Shown here one piece after another: positions 28,291 through 37,940 of a stretch of 64,000 nt of DNA. Position 1 is the stretch's first letter. Every line of letters starts with the position of its first letter. Made by a program: the position numbers and the translations under genes. A model generated the notes under the pieces. It did not search any database. It was not told where the DNA came from and worked only from the letters and a program-made list of their open reading frames with translations. Origin of the DNA: a virus; the IMG/VR virus record IMGVR_UViG_3300045581_000978, positions 2,699-66,698 of that record; one strand, 5' to 3'.

Positions 28291-28595
28291 AATCTATCTC
28301 TGTAAATCCTTCGCAAGACATAATTGATAGAGAAAGCGAACATATATTATTATCGTTTTGTTCTTTCTGTACTCTTTTAAAAGGAAAAAAACTATCATTT
28401 CAAAATGTCTTTATTTTAATACTACAAGACGAGAAATTAAAAAACATACTAAAAGACCTTTTAGGAGTTGATTCTACTTATGAAATAGTTAAAATATTCT
28501 TGGAATACGATCCCACAATTACTAAAAGTAAATACATTACAAAATATCTCAATAATCGAAATAAAAATAATTTAAAAGCAATAAGAAATAATTAA
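28281..28595 (+). CDS. Hypothetical protein
   Basis: ORF track; in replication operon. Confidence 0.65.
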   Translation: MYIKSISVNPSQDIIDRESEHILLSFCSFCTLLKGKKLSFQNVFILILQDEKLKNILKDLLGVDSTYEIVKIFLEYDPTITKSKYITKYLNNRNKNNLKAIRNN

Positions 28596-28612
28596 AACGG
28601 TTTTAAACCAAA

Positions 28613-29275
28613 ATGTCTCTCACAGAAAAAGAAAAAAGCATTTATAACTCTTACCTAATAGCTAGTAGAACAGTACAAAACAAGCCCTTTAAGCTTCGAC
28701 AGGATTTTACTTCTATTGATAGTCAGGTATATACAACTCTTAAAAAGTTGGGTCTCTTTTTTAATAAAAATAACAATATTAAACAAGTAGACTTTTTTAC
28801 TGCACCGTTTAGCTATTATGGCGCAGATAATTTCTTCGACATACACTTTTTCTTAACACCAAAAGCTATAAAGTGTTACTCTCTGTATATAAAGAAAAAA
28901 GAGACACAAGATCCGGACAACGCAGACACCATAACTAGTACTAAAAATTGCTGTGTATTTATATATAAGTACTGTAAAGAAAATAATCTAACACTACACG
29001 AATATAAAAATATTATCAACGGTACAACTCCGTTAGTATTACAGCATTTGCGTGATCACAGTATTAACTTTTATACCCTGCACGGACTACAATGCGACAG
29101 AACAATAAGGCAGGTAGAACCTGACTTGCTTGAGTTCTTTATATCCAATTTTGAAAACTTGTTAAATGAAACAAGAATAAATTTTCAGCGCTCTATTAAA
29201 CTTAAAGTGATAGTTCGCGAAGCTCTTTCAATAATTGAAAATCAACTGTTGAAAAACAAAACAAATAAACTATAA
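28613..29275 (+). CDS. Hypothetical protein, possible gp59-like helicase loader
   Basis: 220 aa, basic, directly upstream of gp32 as T4 gene 59 is; no diagnostic motif recognised. Confidence 0.5.
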   Translation: MSLTEKEKSIYNSYLIASRTVQNKPFKLRQDFTSIDSQVYTTLKKLGLFFNKNNNIKQVDFFTAPFSYYGADNFFDIHFFLTPKAIKCYSLYIKKKETQDPDNADTITSTKNCCVFIYKYCKENNLTLHEYKNIINGTTPLVLQHLRDHSINFYTLHGLQCDRTIRQVEPDLLEFFISNFENLLNETRINFQRSIKLKVIVREALSIIENQLLKNKTNKL

Positions 29276-29298
29276 TAAGAGAATAACAAATAAAAATT
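29249..29298 (+). promoter_or_regulatory. sigma70-like promoter (TTGAAA-N16-TATAAT) plus A-rich leader of gp32
   Basis: 22 nt between -10 and ATG: aagagaataacaaataaaaatt. Confidence 0.65.
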
Positions 29299-30153
29299 AT
29301 GAGTACATTTAATACATCGATGTTTCAATCAATCAAAGACGCACTAGCTAAATCAGATAACGAAAACGCACCAGCAGTTTATAACGAAATTATGAAGACC
29401 TCTCCAGGTAATACATATACCGTTAGACTGCTACCATTCGCTAAAGACCCTAAAAATACATTTTTCCATTATTACAATCATGGTTGGGTATCTTTTGCAT
29501 CCGGCCAATACGTTCAGGCCCTCTCTCCGTTGACTTATGGAGAGCGTGATCCAATCGCAGAAGAAAGATTCCGTATTCTCCGTACCGGAACTGAAGACGA
29601 GAAAGAGAAAGTAAAAGCGATTAAGAGAGTTGAAAAATATCTCGTTAATGTTTATGTTATTGACGATCCGAGTAATCCAGATAACAACGGTAAAGTTAAA
29701 TTACTTAGATACGGTAAGCAGCTTCATAAAATTATCATGGAAGCTATTGAAGGTGAAGACGCAGAAGAATTCGGTCCACGTATCTTCGATCTTGGATCTA
29801 ATGGTGTCAACTTTAAGATTAAATGCGAGAATCAAGGAGAATATCCTACATATGTTTCATCTCGTTTTACATCAGCAGGTAAGCTCAGCTTAAGTGAAGA
29901 TGAGCAGAAGAAGATTTACGATAGTGTGTTTGATCTTACCAAAGTATATAGTCTTAAATCATACGACGAGCTTAAGCAAATGCTTGATGAGCATTTCTAT
30001 GTAAAAGGAACTTCAGAAGAAACTGCTAATGTATCTACTTCATATAGTACTCCTTCTTATACTTCAACTTCACAAACTAAAGCTGAGCCTGTTACCTCGA
30101 CATACACCTCGTCAGAGGATGAGATTGATGAACTACTTAAAGACCTAGTATGA
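29299..30153 (+). CDS. gp32: Single-stranded DNA-binding protein
   Basis: VRLLP, HGW, NVYVIDDP.NP.NNGKV...RYGK, FD...G.NF.IK, Y.SS.F, acidic tail EDEIDELLKDL. Confidence 0.9.
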   Translation: MSTFNTSMFQSIKDALAKSDNENAPAVYNEIMKTSPGNTYTVRLLPFAKDPKNTFFHYYNHGWVSFASGQYVQALSPLTYGERDPIAEERFRILRTGTEDEKEKVKAIKRVEKYLVNVYVIDDPSNPDNNGKVKLLRYGKQLHKIIMEAIEGEDAEEFGPRIFDLGSNGVNFKIKCENQGEYPTYVSSRFTSAGKLSLSEDEQKKIYDSVFDLTKVYSLKSYDELKQMLDEHFYVKGTSEETANVSTSYSTPSYTSTSQTKAEPVTSTYTSSEDEIDELLKDLV

Positions 30154-30587
30154 ACCTTACCCCAGACGAACAAAATGCATTAGTTCAGTTCTTCGGGACG
30201 ATGCATGCCCAGGCCAAACAAACAGATGAGATGATTGTCGGGTCGTCTAAGTTTGTCAACCCGGTAAGCCCTACTATTAGAAGAGAGCTCGAACAAGTCC
30301 TTAGAAGTAATGTAGAAGCTCCACAACCAGCTCCACAGCCGGTATATGTTCCACAAGAGCCTATACCGGCCTATGTCGAGCCTGTTACTCCGCAGCTTAC
30401 TCCTAATGTAAATACAGTACCAGAAGGATATAAATTACCTAGTGCACCTGTTGTAGTATACAAAACTGTAGAGGTTGATATACTGGAAGTATTAAAAGAA
30501 ATAAACTTGAATTTAGGTAGGATAGCTACTACAATAGAAAAACACAATGGCAGTACAAAGAGAACTAAAGCTACCAAATCGGCTTGA
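30150..30587 (+). CDS. Hypothetical protein with Pro-rich linker
   Basis: ORF track; overlaps the gp32 stop. Confidence 0.65.
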   Translation: MNLTPDEQNALVQFFGTMHAQAKQTDEMIVGSSKFVNPVSPTIRRELEQVLRSNVEAPQPAPQPVYVPQEPIPAYVEPVTPQLTPNVNTVPEGYKLPSAPVVVYKTVEVDILEVLKEINLNLGRIATTIEKHNGSTKRTKATKSA

Positions 30588-31284
30588 CTGGATACGGTTT
30601 CTAGAGTCGATATCAAAAATAAACGAATCTACAATACTAACAACACAAGAAGGCGATCCTGGTTTAGTAACCTCATTAGTTTCTTCAGCCGATAATACTC
30701 TAATATTATACGGTGAGATGTCTGGTGTTACAGCAAACTATAACGGCAGTATTAACATACCCGATATTAAAAAGCTAGTTAGAGTTGTTGATTCTATTGA
30801 TACGCAAGACCTGCTACTTACTATAAACAGTAATAGTATTGAGTATCGAGGTAAGTCTCTTAAATTTAAATATCACCTATATGAGGATGGGTTTCTTTCA
30901 AAGCCATCTATTAATGTAGATAAGATAAAAGGCTTTACCTACGATATTAAATTTACTCTTAAGAAGGAATCTATTAATTCTATTATTAAGGGTAGTACGT
31001 TTGCTACTGAAACTAATAAGCTATATCTTTATACTCAAGACGGTAGATTAAAGGGAGAATTAACAGATAGAGCTAGACATAATACAGATGTATTTGCTTT
31101 AGACCTTGGTGAAGCTGATTTTGATCTATCACCTCTACCCGTTAACTTTGATAATATTAAGTTACTTTCATTTATCGGTGAAGATATTAACTTCGGTATT
31201 AATACAGAATACGGTGTTACTGTCATTGATATTTTAAACAACAATATTAAATTAAAGTATATTATAACATCTCTTACTCAATGA
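30547..31284 (+). CDS. gp45: Sliding clamp
   Basis: FL.SISKIN.S N-terminus, IPDIKKL, KFKY; about 245 aa two-domain clamp size; replication context. Confidence 0.7.
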   Translation: MAVQRELKLPNRLDWIRFLESISKINESTILTTQEGDPGLVTSLVSSADNTLILYGEMSGVTANYNGSINIPDIKKLVRVVDSIDTQDLLLTINSNSIEYRGKSLKFKYHLYEDGFLSKPSINVDKIKGFTYDIKFTLKKESINSIIKGSTFATETNKLYLYTQDGRLKGELTDRARHNTDVFALDLGEADFDLSPLPVNFDNIKLLSFIGEDINFGINTEYGVTVIDILNNNIKLKYIITSLTQ

Positions 31285-31622
31285 ACCATATTAAAAATAA
31301 AATAACGACACTTTCATACTTTGTTAAACGCTTAAAAGATTGCGGCTTTAATGTTTGGAAGATATGCAATAACTATGCTCATTCAGACCCTCGTAAGTGG
31401 ACTGTTATGATTGATCCTGGTAATGCATCTATTTTTGTAACTTGTTATGAGAATAGAGATTTTAAGAGTGAAAAAATGTTTGAGTTTAATGATGGTGGTA
31501 GATTATTTCCTAAGAACTTTTCATTAAAGACATCTTCTATCGAAGTGGTAGTTACAACTCTTATTCAAAGAGGTGTTACACAAATAGAAGATACCAATAA
31601 ATATAGTAATGAGCCAGGATGA
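31281..31622 (+). CDS. Hypothetical protein
   Basis: ORF track. Confidence 0.7.
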   Translation: MNHIKNKITTLSYFVKRLKDCGFNVWKICNNYAHSDPRKWTVMIDPGNASIFVTCYENRDFKSEKMFEFNDGGRLFPKNFSLKTSSIEVVVTTLIQRGVTQIEDTNKYSNEPG

Positions 31623-31896
31623 TGAATCGTTTACAGATGAGGACATTAGAGAGCTTATAAAGGATGCTCTTAAGCAAGGGTATGAAAATAAAAAAGCATT
31701 TAATAAGGAACTAAAAATCAATTCTGCACTCGCTTCAACCCTAAAAGAGTTTTTAGGCAACTTTATAGTTATAGGATACGATCTTAATGACAATCCTCTA
31801 ATAATAAAGTACGCCAAGACTCAAATGGAGAAGGATGCATTAACTTCATTAGCAATAAAATATATATCTAGGTTGATATATGAAAATGACAAATAA
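31609..31896 (+). CDS. Hypothetical protein
   Basis: ORF track; AATAAATA 31596-31603, 5 nt upstream. Confidence 0.65.
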   Translation: MSQDDESFTDEDIRELIKDALKQGYENKKAFNKELKINSALASTLKEFLGNFIVIGYDLNDNPLIIKYAKTQMEKDALTSLAIKYISRLIYENDK

Positions 31897-32179
31897 TAAG
31901 CCAGTACCAGGCCGAGTGTATGCCGTACATACTGGAACTTATGCGGGTCAAATGCTACTATTTATAAAGACAGAATCTGTTGATTATTGTTTTTTGTCTA
32001 TACCTGAAATGAATAACTTAACTATCCCCCATGCGATATTCGAGCATGGTTTAAAAAATAATATAGTAAAGTATGCTGAGACTGTTCCTAGTTATGTTTT
32101 AAAAGTATCTACAGCGCAATACAAACAAAATGAGCGTAAAGGCGTTATTAATAAGTTTAATAAGCAGCAAAACGCTTAA
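31880..32179 (+). CDS. Hypothetical protein
   Basis: ORF track. Confidence 0.6.
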   Translation: MKMTNNKPVPGRVYAVHTGTYAGQMLLFIKTESVDYCFLSIPEMNNLTIPHAIFEHGLKNNIVKYAETVPSYVLKVSTAQYKQNERKGVINKFNKQQNA

Positions 32180-32219
32180 TTAAATTGATTTTAAAAGGAA
32201 CTATGTTATATTTAATTAT

Positions 32220-33098
32220 ATGGCAGGTACTTTAATAATAGATGGAAACAATCTTGTGCATCGAACGTATTGGGTAGCTAAAAATCAAGCTATTCGTACC
32301 AATACAGCTAATACTCCTGAGCAAATTAATAATTTCCATATTTACTTTACTTTAAATGCTATTTTTTCCTATGTAACTAAATTTCAGCCTGATAAAACCA
32401 TCGTGGTATGGGATGAAAAACTAGTTTATAGGGTTAACGAGCGCAAAACCATGTTCGGTGATTATAAAGGTGGTAGATCTACCGATAATTCACCACATCA
32501 AAACAACAATACCATTAAAAGTATGTTGCGTTCACTAGGAATCGCTTCTATTTTTCCTAGTGAATTAGAAGCTGATGATATTGTAGCGTATATCTGTAAA
32601 AATTATGATGGTCATAAGATGATTGTGTCAGTAGATAAGGATTTTATACAGTTAATTGATAAAACTACCTCATTATATGACCCTATTCGAAAAATAGAGT
32701 ACAATTATCAAAATTTATATTCTTTAATTGGATATTCTGACGTATCATTATGGTTTAAGGCTAAATGCCTCGCTGGTGATAAGTCAGATAATGTACCCGG
32801 TATTCCTAAATTTGGTAAAGCTAAGATTAAGAAGTATCTTGAGGGTCAGATAGAACTATCTGAAGACGAACAGGCCATTTTTGATCGTAATAACTCTCTT
32901 TTTAATCTTAATAAAATAACAGATAACGAAGCTGAGCAAGAATATTACAAAACGCAATTAGAAGTAAAAGTTGAAAGTAATTGGGATGAATTTATAATGG
33001 AGTGCAAGAACAGAGCGTTTAATTCTATTCTTAATAAGAAAGAATCTTGGTATTCTCTGTTCTTCCTTCGCAATAAACTTCAATCACTATTTACATGA
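32220..33098 (+). CDS. rnh: 5'-3' exonuclease / T4-type RNase H
   Basis: IIDGNN, WD, YKGGR, EADD, SVDKDF.QL, GDKSDNVPGI; promoter TTGATT-N16-TATATT 32185-32212. Confidence 0.9.
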   Translation: MAGTLIIDGNNLVHRTYWVAKNQAIRTNTANTPEQINNFHIYFTLNAIFSYVTKFQPDKTIVVWDEKLVYRVNERKTMFGDYKGGRSTDNSPHQNNNTIKSMLRSLGIASIFPSELEADDIVAYICKNYDGHKMIVSVDKDFIQLIDKTTSLYDPIRKIEYNYQNLYSLIGYSDVSLWFKAKCLAGDKSDNVPGIPKFGKAKIKKYLEGQIELSEDEQAIFDRNNSLFNLNKITDNEAEQEYYKTQLEVKVESNWDEFIMECKNRAFNSILNKKESWYSLFFLRNKLQSLFT

Positions 33099-34150
33099 TC
33101 AATGTTCCAGAAGAGTATGTAGTAAGTAAGTTCTTTCAATACATTTACCAGCCTAGATTTAATAAGTTTAATAATACATATCAGGGCGGGTGCTGTATAT
33201 GCAGAGAGGGAGGCTCTTTAGGTAAGAAGCGTAGGTGTTATTACATACCTAAAAACGATAATATATTTTGCCATAACTGCGGATGGTCGAGCAAGCCTCT
33301 TAAGTGGGTTATGGAGGTATCAGGTAAGACTAATGCTGAAGTTATTGAGGAAGTAAAGCATTATATCGATGAGGATGATATAATTGAATCTACTGAAGAA
33401 GAGCCTATTAAAATAGTTACCGAGACTCTTCCTAAGAACTCTATTAACCTATCTGACCCTGTGCAGAAGAGGTTTTATCAGAATAACCCTATAGTATCCA
33501 GCTGTTTAAAATTGATTTTAGATCGTAGGCTTGATACTGCTGTTAATAGACCTGATGCTCTTTATGTATCACTTACAGATAAAGTGCATAAGAATAGACT
33601 TATACTTCCATTTATAAATGAAAAGAAAGAGATAGAGTTTTATCAATCACGTACCGTATTGCCAGGAGATAGTAAAAGTAAGCCTAAGTATATCTCAAGA
33701 ATAGGCGCAGAAAAGACTCTATTTAATATAGATCGTTTGGATAGTAATTACCCTGACGTTTTTATCTTTGAAGGACCGATTAATGCGTTCTTTACAAAAA
33801 ATAGTGTAGCTGTAGCAGGTATTACTGACAAAGGTACAGCTACGTTTACAAAGAGACAACAGCAGCAAGTAGATACAGTATTAAGATGGTATAATAAAGT
33901 GTGGGTATTAGATAGTCAATGGACAGATACTGCATCGTTAAACAAGAGTGAGATTTTATTAAATGCTGGTGAAAAGGTGTTTATATGGCCTGAAAAAATA
34001 GGTAAGCGCTTTAAAGATTTTAACGATATTTGTATCGCTGGTAAGATAGACGAAATAACTCACGAATTTATAAATAAAAATTCATATACCGGTCTAGAAG
34101 GTATTATTAGACTATCAGAGATAAAGCGTTTTGCTAATTCAAAAACGTAA
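33095..34150 (+). CDS. gp61: DNA primase
   Basis: Zn finger CCIC...CHNC, RLILPF, YQSR, KY, FEGPINA, TOPRIM LD, KDFND. Confidence 0.9.
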   Translation: MINVPEEYVVSKFFQYIYQPRFNKFNNTYQGGCCICREGGSLGKKRRCYYIPKNDNIFCHNCGWSSKPLKWVMEVSGKTNAEVIEEVKHYIDEDDIIESTEEEPIKIVTETLPKNSINLSDPVQKRFYQNNPIVSSCLKLILDRRLDTAVNRPDALYVSLTDKVHKNRLILPFINEKKEIEFYQSRTVLPGDSKSKPKYISRIGAEKTLFNIDRLDSNYPDVFIFEGPINAFFTKNSVAVAGITDKGTATFTKRQQQQVDTVLRWYNKVWVLDSQWTDTASLNKSEILLNAGEKVFIWPEKIGKRFKDFNDICIAGKIDEITHEFINKNSYTGLEGIIRLSEIKRFANSKT

Positions 34151-34155
34151 TGCAT

Positions 34156-34590
34156 CTATACATATTTGAACGAAGGATTCTCTGTCTGTGAGATATAACC
34201 TCTAAAGGACTCTGTAAGAGCAGCAAGTTCAGTAGCAACACGGGCAATTTTACGCTGCTCTGATTGTTTCATTCTATCAAAAATGGTATCTGGCTCTGCA
34301 TTTGCTAGTTTAGTTTGAATAGAGTCGCCACTTGTACCATTTAAGAATTCAAGAAACTGATCACACTGATCAACCCATCCCTGCAACTCTTGCGACATGG
34401 CTTGCGACTGTGCAGTTTTAATTTTCGCAGCTTGTGCCGTTAAATCAGCTGCAGCAGAACCTTCCGGTGAGGCTGTCTGTACATCGAATTCGCTAGGATC
34501 AGTACCCTTATCAAGTGTAGATACCATCGCAGCTCTTTCATCATCCTGCTCATTTAAAATTTTGTAAAATTTACTAGCAAACTTATTCAT
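34156..34590 (-). CDS. Hypothetical late protein, possibly head-internal
   Basis: AATAAATA 34596-34603 (-); MNKFASKFYKILNE|Q. Confidence 0.7.
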   Translation of the reverse strand: MNKFASKFYKILNEQDDERAAMVSTLDKGTDPSEFDVQTASPEGSAAADLTAQAAKIKTAQSQAMSQELQGWVDQCDQFLEFLNGTSGDSIQTKLANAEPDTIFDRMKQSEQRKIARVATELAALTESFRGYISQTENPSFKYV

Positions 34591-34623
34591 ATGTTTATTT
34601 ATTCTCTAACATAAATATTTATA

Positions 34624-34950
34624 ATGAATAGTGCAAATAATCCATATAGTACAACCACAACAAATTCTCCTAGTTTAAATATGGATGTTACAAATCAATT
34701 TAAACAATATAAGCAGGATGAAAAACTACATGCTTCTAAAAAAGTGCTGCCACACCCTTCAGAAGTACTTCAAGAATATGTAAGTGAGTTATATATAGAT
34801 TTGTTAAAGATCAAACAGACTATTAAAAATACTGAAAACGAGCCCGGTATTAAACAAGAAGATATCAATGAGATTTACAGCATTATTGAGGAAATAGCCC
34901 AAAAAATTACAATGGAACTACCTAATTCTATTGATAAGTTATATCTATAG
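34624..34950 (+). CDS. Hypothetical protein
   Basis: ORF track; CATAAATA 34610-34617. Confidence 0.65.
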   Translation: MNSANNPYSTTTTNSPSLNMDVTNQFKQYKQDEKLHASKKVLPHPSEVLQEYVSELYIDLLKIKQTIKNTENEPGIKQEDINEIYSIIEEIAQKITMELPNSIDKLYL

Positions 34951-34964
34951 CTTATAATAGATAT

Positions 34965-35381
34965 ATGAGAACAGTATTGCTATCTTTAGCTATAGTCGCG
35001 TTAATAAGTGTTGGTGCAGGTTTTGTATTGAAAGACTTTATAGGTTTTTGGCAAGGCGTGGTAGGTGCTACTATAATTCAATTTTTAGCTTTCTATCTAC
35101 CATTTACAGGAACGGCCCCTAAAAATAACCAAGCAGCAGATGATGCTGCAGAGAGTATAAAAGAAATTATTGATCTACAGACTATACCTATTAACTGCCC
35201 TTGCGGTAAAAATACATTTACCGCGCCTATATTTTTTAATATCGAAAATGAATTTACCTGTGAGAAGTGTGGCAGCGGATTTAAAGTGGAACCTACCTAT
35301 GATGTTGTACTGGTTACCGAACCGGTTAACATTGAGAATATTTTTAATAAGCTAAAGGAACAGAGCGATAATAAGGTATGA
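34965..35381 (+). CDS. Membrane protein (two N-terminal hydrophobic helices) with C-terminal zinc ribbon
   Basis: Hydrophobic residues ~3-47; CPCG...CEKCG; promoter TTGATA-N16-TATAAT 34931-34958. Confidence 0.7.
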   Translation: MRTVLLSLAIVALISVGAGFVLKDFIGFWQGVVGATIIQFLAFYLPFTGTAPKNNQAADDAAESIKEIIDLQTIPINCPCGKNTFTAPIFFNIENEFTCEKCGSGFKVEPTYDVVLVTEPVNIENIFNKLKEQSDNKV

Positions 35382-35620
35382 ATACATTTAAATTTAAACT
35401 AAAAGATGGCTCCGTAAAGGAGATGACTATTGATGAACTTACCAGATGGGCTTGTTTGCTAGAAGGAATAGATCAAGTAGCTAAAAAATATGAAGATCTA
35501 GGTGAGAGTATGGATACAGATGACTGGATTAAGCCACTAGCTTTTCAGAAGTATATCGAAGAGAGATTTCACTCTATGCGACATGATCTTGTGGTTGAAG
35601 CCTCGCTTGGTAGATTGTAG
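35378..35620 (+). CDS. Hypothetical protein
   Basis: ORF track; ATGA overlap. Confidence 0.65.
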   Translation: MNTFKFKLKDGSVKEMTIDELTRWACLLEGIDQVAKKYEDLGESMDTDDWIKPLAFQKYIEERFHSMRHDLVVEASLGRL

Positions 35621-35621
35621 T

Positions 35622-37940
35622 CTATCGTACATCGGTAATACCAAAAGCTAGATCACAATCTGAACCCGTAAAGGCTATTTCTAGTACAGTTCCAGCTATA
35701 GGCTGTGGTATGTTAATAGTACATGAAGAATTAGTTACTAAAATAGGATCTAGAACCGCGGAAGTAATAAGATTTCCATTTACATATACGGAATATTGTG
35801 TGCTACCCGCTATACCACCTATTACGTTAAATTCTAAATCTATTTCCTCCACACAATTAAATCCAAATATAACGCTATTTATTGGTCCAAAACCTGGTAT
35901 AAACTGCCAATCATCTTCACCTGTAGATATAATAGAGTTTGCAAAATAATCAGCAATAATATCTTCCGTTCTCCATGGTGCATAACCTAAAGTATATGTA
36001 TCCTTACCACTTAATATACTAAATACACTATCTAAAAAAGGAATATATACTTCTACGTCACATCCACAAAAAGTCCCGCCGAAGTTTAATACTTGTGCAT
36101 CAACGCTCATTATACCATCTTGATAACTAATAGAAGCGTTTACGGGATTACATCTATCTGTGGCTCCAGTAATAACAGCCATAGACCCGTCTCCAGTTAT
36201 AAGAGGTGTATTATTATAGAAAAACTCCCAACTACCCAAACTATCATTCCACTCTATACTTACAGGATAAGTAAGTGAGTTAAATCCATTGTATATACCA
36301 GAAATAAGAGAGCCAGATAACGTAAGATATTCAACTCCATAACCAACGTCTTCAAACTGAAGACAAATATTTGTCTGCTCTGTACTACATATAGTTTCTG
36401 ATTGCGGTATTCTTGTATCAAGAATTACTTTCCAGGATGTACCTGTGAAAGGAGAGTTAACAACTAGATCGATATAGTCATTACCTGGATATGCAGATAC
36501 ATTAGTTAAAATAGTATTTCCAGAGATAGAACCAACTATACTTTGATTATTAGCAGAATATAATCTAGCGTTATAATAATTAAGGGAATCTAGAGGCGTA
36601 TTAATATAATCCCAAGACTGTGTTGTATCAGGAAATACATATCCAGTATCTCTAATTGCGTCATTATTACTGTTATATACTAAGACTCTATACGGGCTAG
36701 GTCCATAAGGGAAAGCAGTTTTATCAATTTGTGAGGTAAAATAACTTATATCTATTTTTTCAAAAAATGTAGAACCTTTTAAATTTACACGTATTCTTGT
36801 AGTATTACCATCTACGTTTGGTGTAGTATAAGTATTACTAAAGAGAGTTATAAAGCTATCAGGGTATAGATCTACTTCTTGATCTATATTACATGGTATT
36901 AGCTGAGGCGCTGAAAGATTAAATGTTAACGGAGTTGTAAAAGGAGATTCTATATTCTCCCCCCATGTATATTGGTAATATAGAGAAATTAAATTACTAG
37001 TATTAGCAGAAGTTATATCGGTATATAGAGTTGTATTATATAGTGCTAGAGGAAACGCAAATCTAGTTACATGAAACGCTAGATCATTATAGGTGAGTAC
37101 TGCACTATTAATATTATTAAATATACCTGAATCAAATGGGGCGGATATATTATTATAAAGAGTTATAACACTATACTGCTTAGTAGTATCATCAATCCCA
37201 CTATATACAGTAGATGGTTTAAAGCGAGATAGATTAGTTGAACTACCTACACCACATACTAGGGGTTTTTTTACATCTGGGTAGGTATCACCAAAGGCTG
37301 GAAATTCATCATTGTTTTGAACTAATAGCAGATTATATTCATCTACTAATCTACCAACTTGATTAGTATTTTCTATATTAGGAATATTGAAAGTCTTAGA
37401 AGTAACAGGTAAATAAAAACTTGTATTATCTGGAGTTTTAAATTCTACATTAGAATCATATTCACCGGAATGATCGACTGAAACTCTGTATTCAAAATTT
37501 ACGTTCTGCCCTACTCTTACACCTACTGCTTCTGGAAAAACTGCTCGAGCAAAACCTGTCTTATTGAAGGTCTTAATACAAAACTCATTTATAGTTTCAT
37601 TCTGAAGAGAAATAGGTGGCGAACTGTATATAGAATAATAAACTTGCGTACTTGTATCAACAGTATATAATTGTATATTACCACTAGGAATATCTAATAA
37701 CGAACTATTTATACACGGAGTTAAGACACCAGATAAAGTATAATCGTTACTAGAGGAAGAATTGGTACCAAAATCTACAAATGAAACAGCGCTTAAAATA
37801 GAATTAGTAGATAAAAACTCTAACCCCCCTGATAAAATAGTATTTTTACACCACCCTGTATCATTAACGACAACATCGTTATCGCGTACTACGAGTCTAT
37901 ACTCTCCACATAATCCAATATTGTAATTAATTTCACTCAT
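35622..37940 (-). CDS. Virion structural / tail-associated protein
   Basis: Ser/Thr/Asn-rich beta composition; N-terminal GEYRLVV..GW.KNTIL..G motif common in tail proteins. Confidence 0.6.
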   Translation of the reverse strand: MSEINYNIGLCGEYRLVVRDNDVVVNDTGWCKNTILSGGLEFLSTNSILSAVSFVDFGTNSSSSNDYTLSGVLTPCINSSLLDIPSGNIQLYTVDTSTQVYYSIYSSPPISLQNETINEFCIKTFNKTGFARAVFPEAVGVRVGQNVNFEYRVSVDHSGEYDSNVEFKTPDNTSFYLPVTSKTFNIPNIENTNQVGRLVDEYNLLLVQNNDEFPAFGDTYPDVKKPLVCGVGSSTNLSRFKPSTVYSGIDDTTKQYSVITLYNNISAPFDSGIFNNINSAVLTYNDLAFHVTRFAFPLALYNTTLYTDITSANTSNLISLYYQYTWGENIESPFTTPLTFNLSAPQLIPCNIDQEVDLYPDSFITLFSNTYTTPNVDGNTTRIRVNLKGSTFFEKIDISYFTSQIDKTAFPYGPSPYRVLVYNSNNDAIRDTGYVFPDTTQSWDYINTPLDSLNYYNARLYSANNQSIVGSISGNTILTNVSAYPGNDYIDLVVNSPFTGTSWKVILDTRIPQSETICSTEQTNICLQFEDVGYGVEYLTLSGSLISGIYNGFNSLTYPVSIEWNDSLGSWEFFYNNTPLITGDGSMAVITGATDRCNPVNASISYQDGIMSVDAQVLNFGGTFCGCDVEVYIPFLDSVFSILSGKDTYTLGYAPWRTEDIIADYFANSIISTGEDDWQFIPGFGPINSVIFGFNCVEEIDLEFNVIGGIAGSTQYSVYVNGNLITSAVLDPILVTNSSCTINIPQPIAGTVLEIAFTGSDCDLAFGITDVR

